Below, one piece after another: positions 62,521 through 64,000 of a stretch of 64,000 bases of DNA. A model generated the notes under the pieces. That model was given only the letters and a program-made list of their open reading frames with translations. It had not been told where the DNA came from and made no database searches. The stretch is from an uncultured Chloroflexia bacterium (lineage in GTDB: Bacteria > Chloroflexota > Limnocylindria > Limnocylindrales > CSP1-4): assembly GCA_963794525.1 (NCBI GenBank), contig CAWCEC010000005.1:37471-101470 (forward strand). The letters are read 5' to 3'. The translations under genes were made by a program, and so were the position numbers. Every line of letters starts with the position of its first letter. Within the stretch, counting starts at the first letter, position 1.

Positions 62521-62960
62521 GCCTTCACCTCCAGCTGCTCACCGCAGTGGCGGCAGACGCGCACGCGGCGGCCGTTGTCGAGCGTCTTGTGGCTGATGCG
62601 GGTGGGCTTGCCGCAGCTCCCGCAGACGACCATGACCTTGCCGATCGGCACGGGCTGGGCGATCTCGAGGATGCCACCCTGCTGGATCTTGGGCATGCGG
62701 TCGGTGGAGCTCGACGTCTGGCGTGGCTTCGTGTGGCGCTTGGCGATGTTGATGCCCTCGACGATCACGCTCACGCCGCCGGCCGACGAGCCGCGACGGA
62801 ACACGCTACGGCCGCCCCGCGGCGCAGCCTCGCGCCGGATAACACGCTCGACGGTGCCGCGCTTGCCGGCGTCCTTACCGGACAGCACGACGACTGTGTC
62901 GCCCTTGCGGATCTCGGGCACCTTGGGCGACCTCGCGACGGCGGTTCGGACGGCCATCAC
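62517..62960 (-). CDS. rplX: 50S ribosomal protein L24, enlarged (147 aa) with internal insertion and C-terminal CxxC...CxxC
   Basis: KOW core [21 protein letters not shown] plus [15 protein letters not shown]. The C-terminus reads [35 protein letters not shown]. Confidence 0.93.
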   Translation of the reverse strand: MMAVRTAVARSPKVPEIRKGDTVVVLSGKDAGKRGTVERVIRREAAPRGGRSVFRRGSSAGGVSVIVEGINIAKRHTKPRQTSSSTDRMPKIQQGGILEIAQPVPIGKVMVVCGSCGKPTRISHKTLDNGRRVRVCRHCGEQLEVKA

Positions 62961-63325
62961 AGCACCTCCGGGGCGAGCGACACGATCTTCATGTAGTTGC
63001 GGTCGCGCAGTTCACGGGCGACCGGGCCGAAGATGCGCGTGCCACGGGGATTGCCCTGGTTGTTGATGAGCACGGCAGCGTTCTCGTCGAAGCGGATATA
63101 GCTCCCGTCGGCGCGGCCGTATTCCTTGTTGGTGCGGACGATGACCGCGCGGACGACGTCGCCCTTCTTGACGGCGGCGTTGGGGATGGCCTGTTTGACG
63201 CTGGCGACGATCACGTCACCGACGCCGGCCGTCGTCTTCAGGGAGCGACCCATCACCCGGATGCACTGGATGCTCCGGGCGCCGGTGTTATCGGCAACCT
63301 TGAGTCGCGTCTGGGGCTGGATCAC
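62957..63325 (-). CDS. rplN: 50S ribosomal protein L14
   Basis: [24 protein letters not shown]... Confidence 0.98.
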   Translation of the reverse strand: MIQPQTRLKVADNTGARSIQCIRVMGRSLKTTAGVGDVIVASVKQAIPNAAVKKGDVVRAVIVRTNKEYGRADGSYIRFDENAAVLINNQGNPRGTRIFGPVARELRDRNYMKIVSLAPEVL

Positions 63326-63825
63326 GAGACCGCCTCCTCCTCGGACCGATGGCTCGCAGGAGCGTCGCCTCGGTCCTCGGAGCGGTCGTCAGCAGACACG
63401 TCATCACCGTCCGGCGTCTCCGCGGCTGCCTCTTCGCCGCCCTCGTCGCTGGCCGCCTCGGCCGCGCGGGTCCGGCCGGGATGGGCCGCCGCGTGGATGG
63501 CCTCGGTCACGGCCGCCTCCTCGGCGACCACGGCCTCACCGGGCAAGCCGTGCTCGCCGGCTCGCTGGACCACGCTGACGAGCCGCCAGCGCTTCGTCGC
63601 CGAGATCGGGCGCGCCTCTTCGATGAGGACGGTGTCGCCGATGCGTGCCTCGTTCTCCTCGTCGTGGGCCTTGAACCGGGTCGTCAGGCGGATGACCCGC
63701 TTGTACAGCCGGTGGCGTGCCAGTCGCTCGACGGACACGACGATCGTCTTGTCCATCCGGTCGCTGACGACGCGGCCGACCTTCGTCTTCCGCTTTCCTC
63801 GCACCTTGGGTGTCGCTCCTGTCAT
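63322..63825 (-). CDS. rpsQ: 30S ribosomal protein S17 with ~75-aa acidic C-terminal extension
   Basis: The uS17 core [42 protein letters not shown]...KRWRLV is followed by an Ala/Glu/Asp-rich tail. Confidence 0.93.
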   Translation of the reverse strand: MTGATPKVRGKRKTKVGRVVSDRMDKTIVVSVERLARHRLYKRVIRLTTRFKAHDEENEARIGDTVLIEEARPISATKRWRLVSVVQRAGEHGLPGEAVVAEEAAVTEAIHAAAHPGRTRAAEAASDEGGEEAAAETPDGDDVSADDRSEDRGDAPASHRSEEEAVS

Positions 63826-63829
63826 CGCG

Positions 63830-64000
63830 CTAGGCCGTCTTCTCGAGCTTGCGCTCGCGCTGGACGGTCAGGATCCGCGCGATCGTCTGCCGCGTCAGCG
63901 GGATGCTGCTGTAGTCCTTGAGTTGTCGGGTCGAGAGTGCGAAACGCGCTCCCCACAGGTCCTGCTTCGCTTCCTTCAGGGCGTCGTCGAGCTCGGCGTC
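63830..64000 (-). CDS. rpmC: 50S ribosomal protein L29 (5' end outside window)
   Basis: Hand translation gives ...[56 protein letters not shown]. Stop TAG at 63830-63832. Confidence 0.85.
   Translation of the reverse strand, partial: DAELDDALKEAKQDLWGARFALSTRQLKDYSSIPLTRQTIARILTVQRERKLEKTA

Overview
High-GC (about 70% by eye) bacterial chromosome segment of Gram-positive/Terrabacteria type, and mostly housekeeping. (1) 1-6 kb carries central metabolism: an alcohol dehydrogenase 3' fragment, NDH-2, a zinc-ribbon membrane protein and a 929-aa pyruvate phosphate dikinase, all intact. (2) About 6-26 kb is the accessory and regulatory part. It holds a LAL/LuxR STAND regulator, a DUF4242 protein, secreted proteins, ferredoxin-NADP reductase, an HD/cNMP-binding protein coupled to an MFS-HEAT transporter, and an ECF sigma factor with a membrane beta-propeller partner. 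It also holds a glycogen-debranching-type enzyme, an SDR, a DUF3500 protein, glycyl-tRNA synthetase, a small GNAT, an M19 dipeptidase and a repeat-containing surface protein. Between about 7.4 and 25.7 kb nearly every gene is broken by multiple frameshifts, including essential glyQS, while both flanks are clean. I read this as local consensus error rather than decay, and it limits every call in that zone. (3) 26-64 kb is almost entirely one minus-strand block: rpmC-rpsQ-rplNXE-rpsNH-rplFR-rpsE-rpmD-rplO-secY-adk-map-infA-rpmJ-rpsMKD-rpoA-rplQ-truA-rplM-rpsI, argF, a TPR protein, cdaA-cdaR-glmM-glmS and acpS-nnrD-alr. It continues with a four-gene insert of unknown function (macro domain plus three hypotheticals), tsaE-tsaB-rimI-tsaD, rsmA-ispE-ridA, glmU and corC, then recO and a divergent polyprenyl synthase. 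I recognised no rRNA, tRNA, CRISPR-cas, transposase or integrase. Points worth a second look: the translationally coupled four-gene insert between alr and tsaE, and the HD/cNMP plus MFS-HEAT pair. Also notable are a two-copy ~140-nt inverted-repeat intergenic element and a 61-62-nt periodic repeat array upstream of argF. Several ribosomal proteins have long tails, uL24 carries a Cys4 ribbon, and a 43-aa signal-peptide ORF has its own terminator. No finding amounts to a demonstrated new system; all functional ideas are inference.
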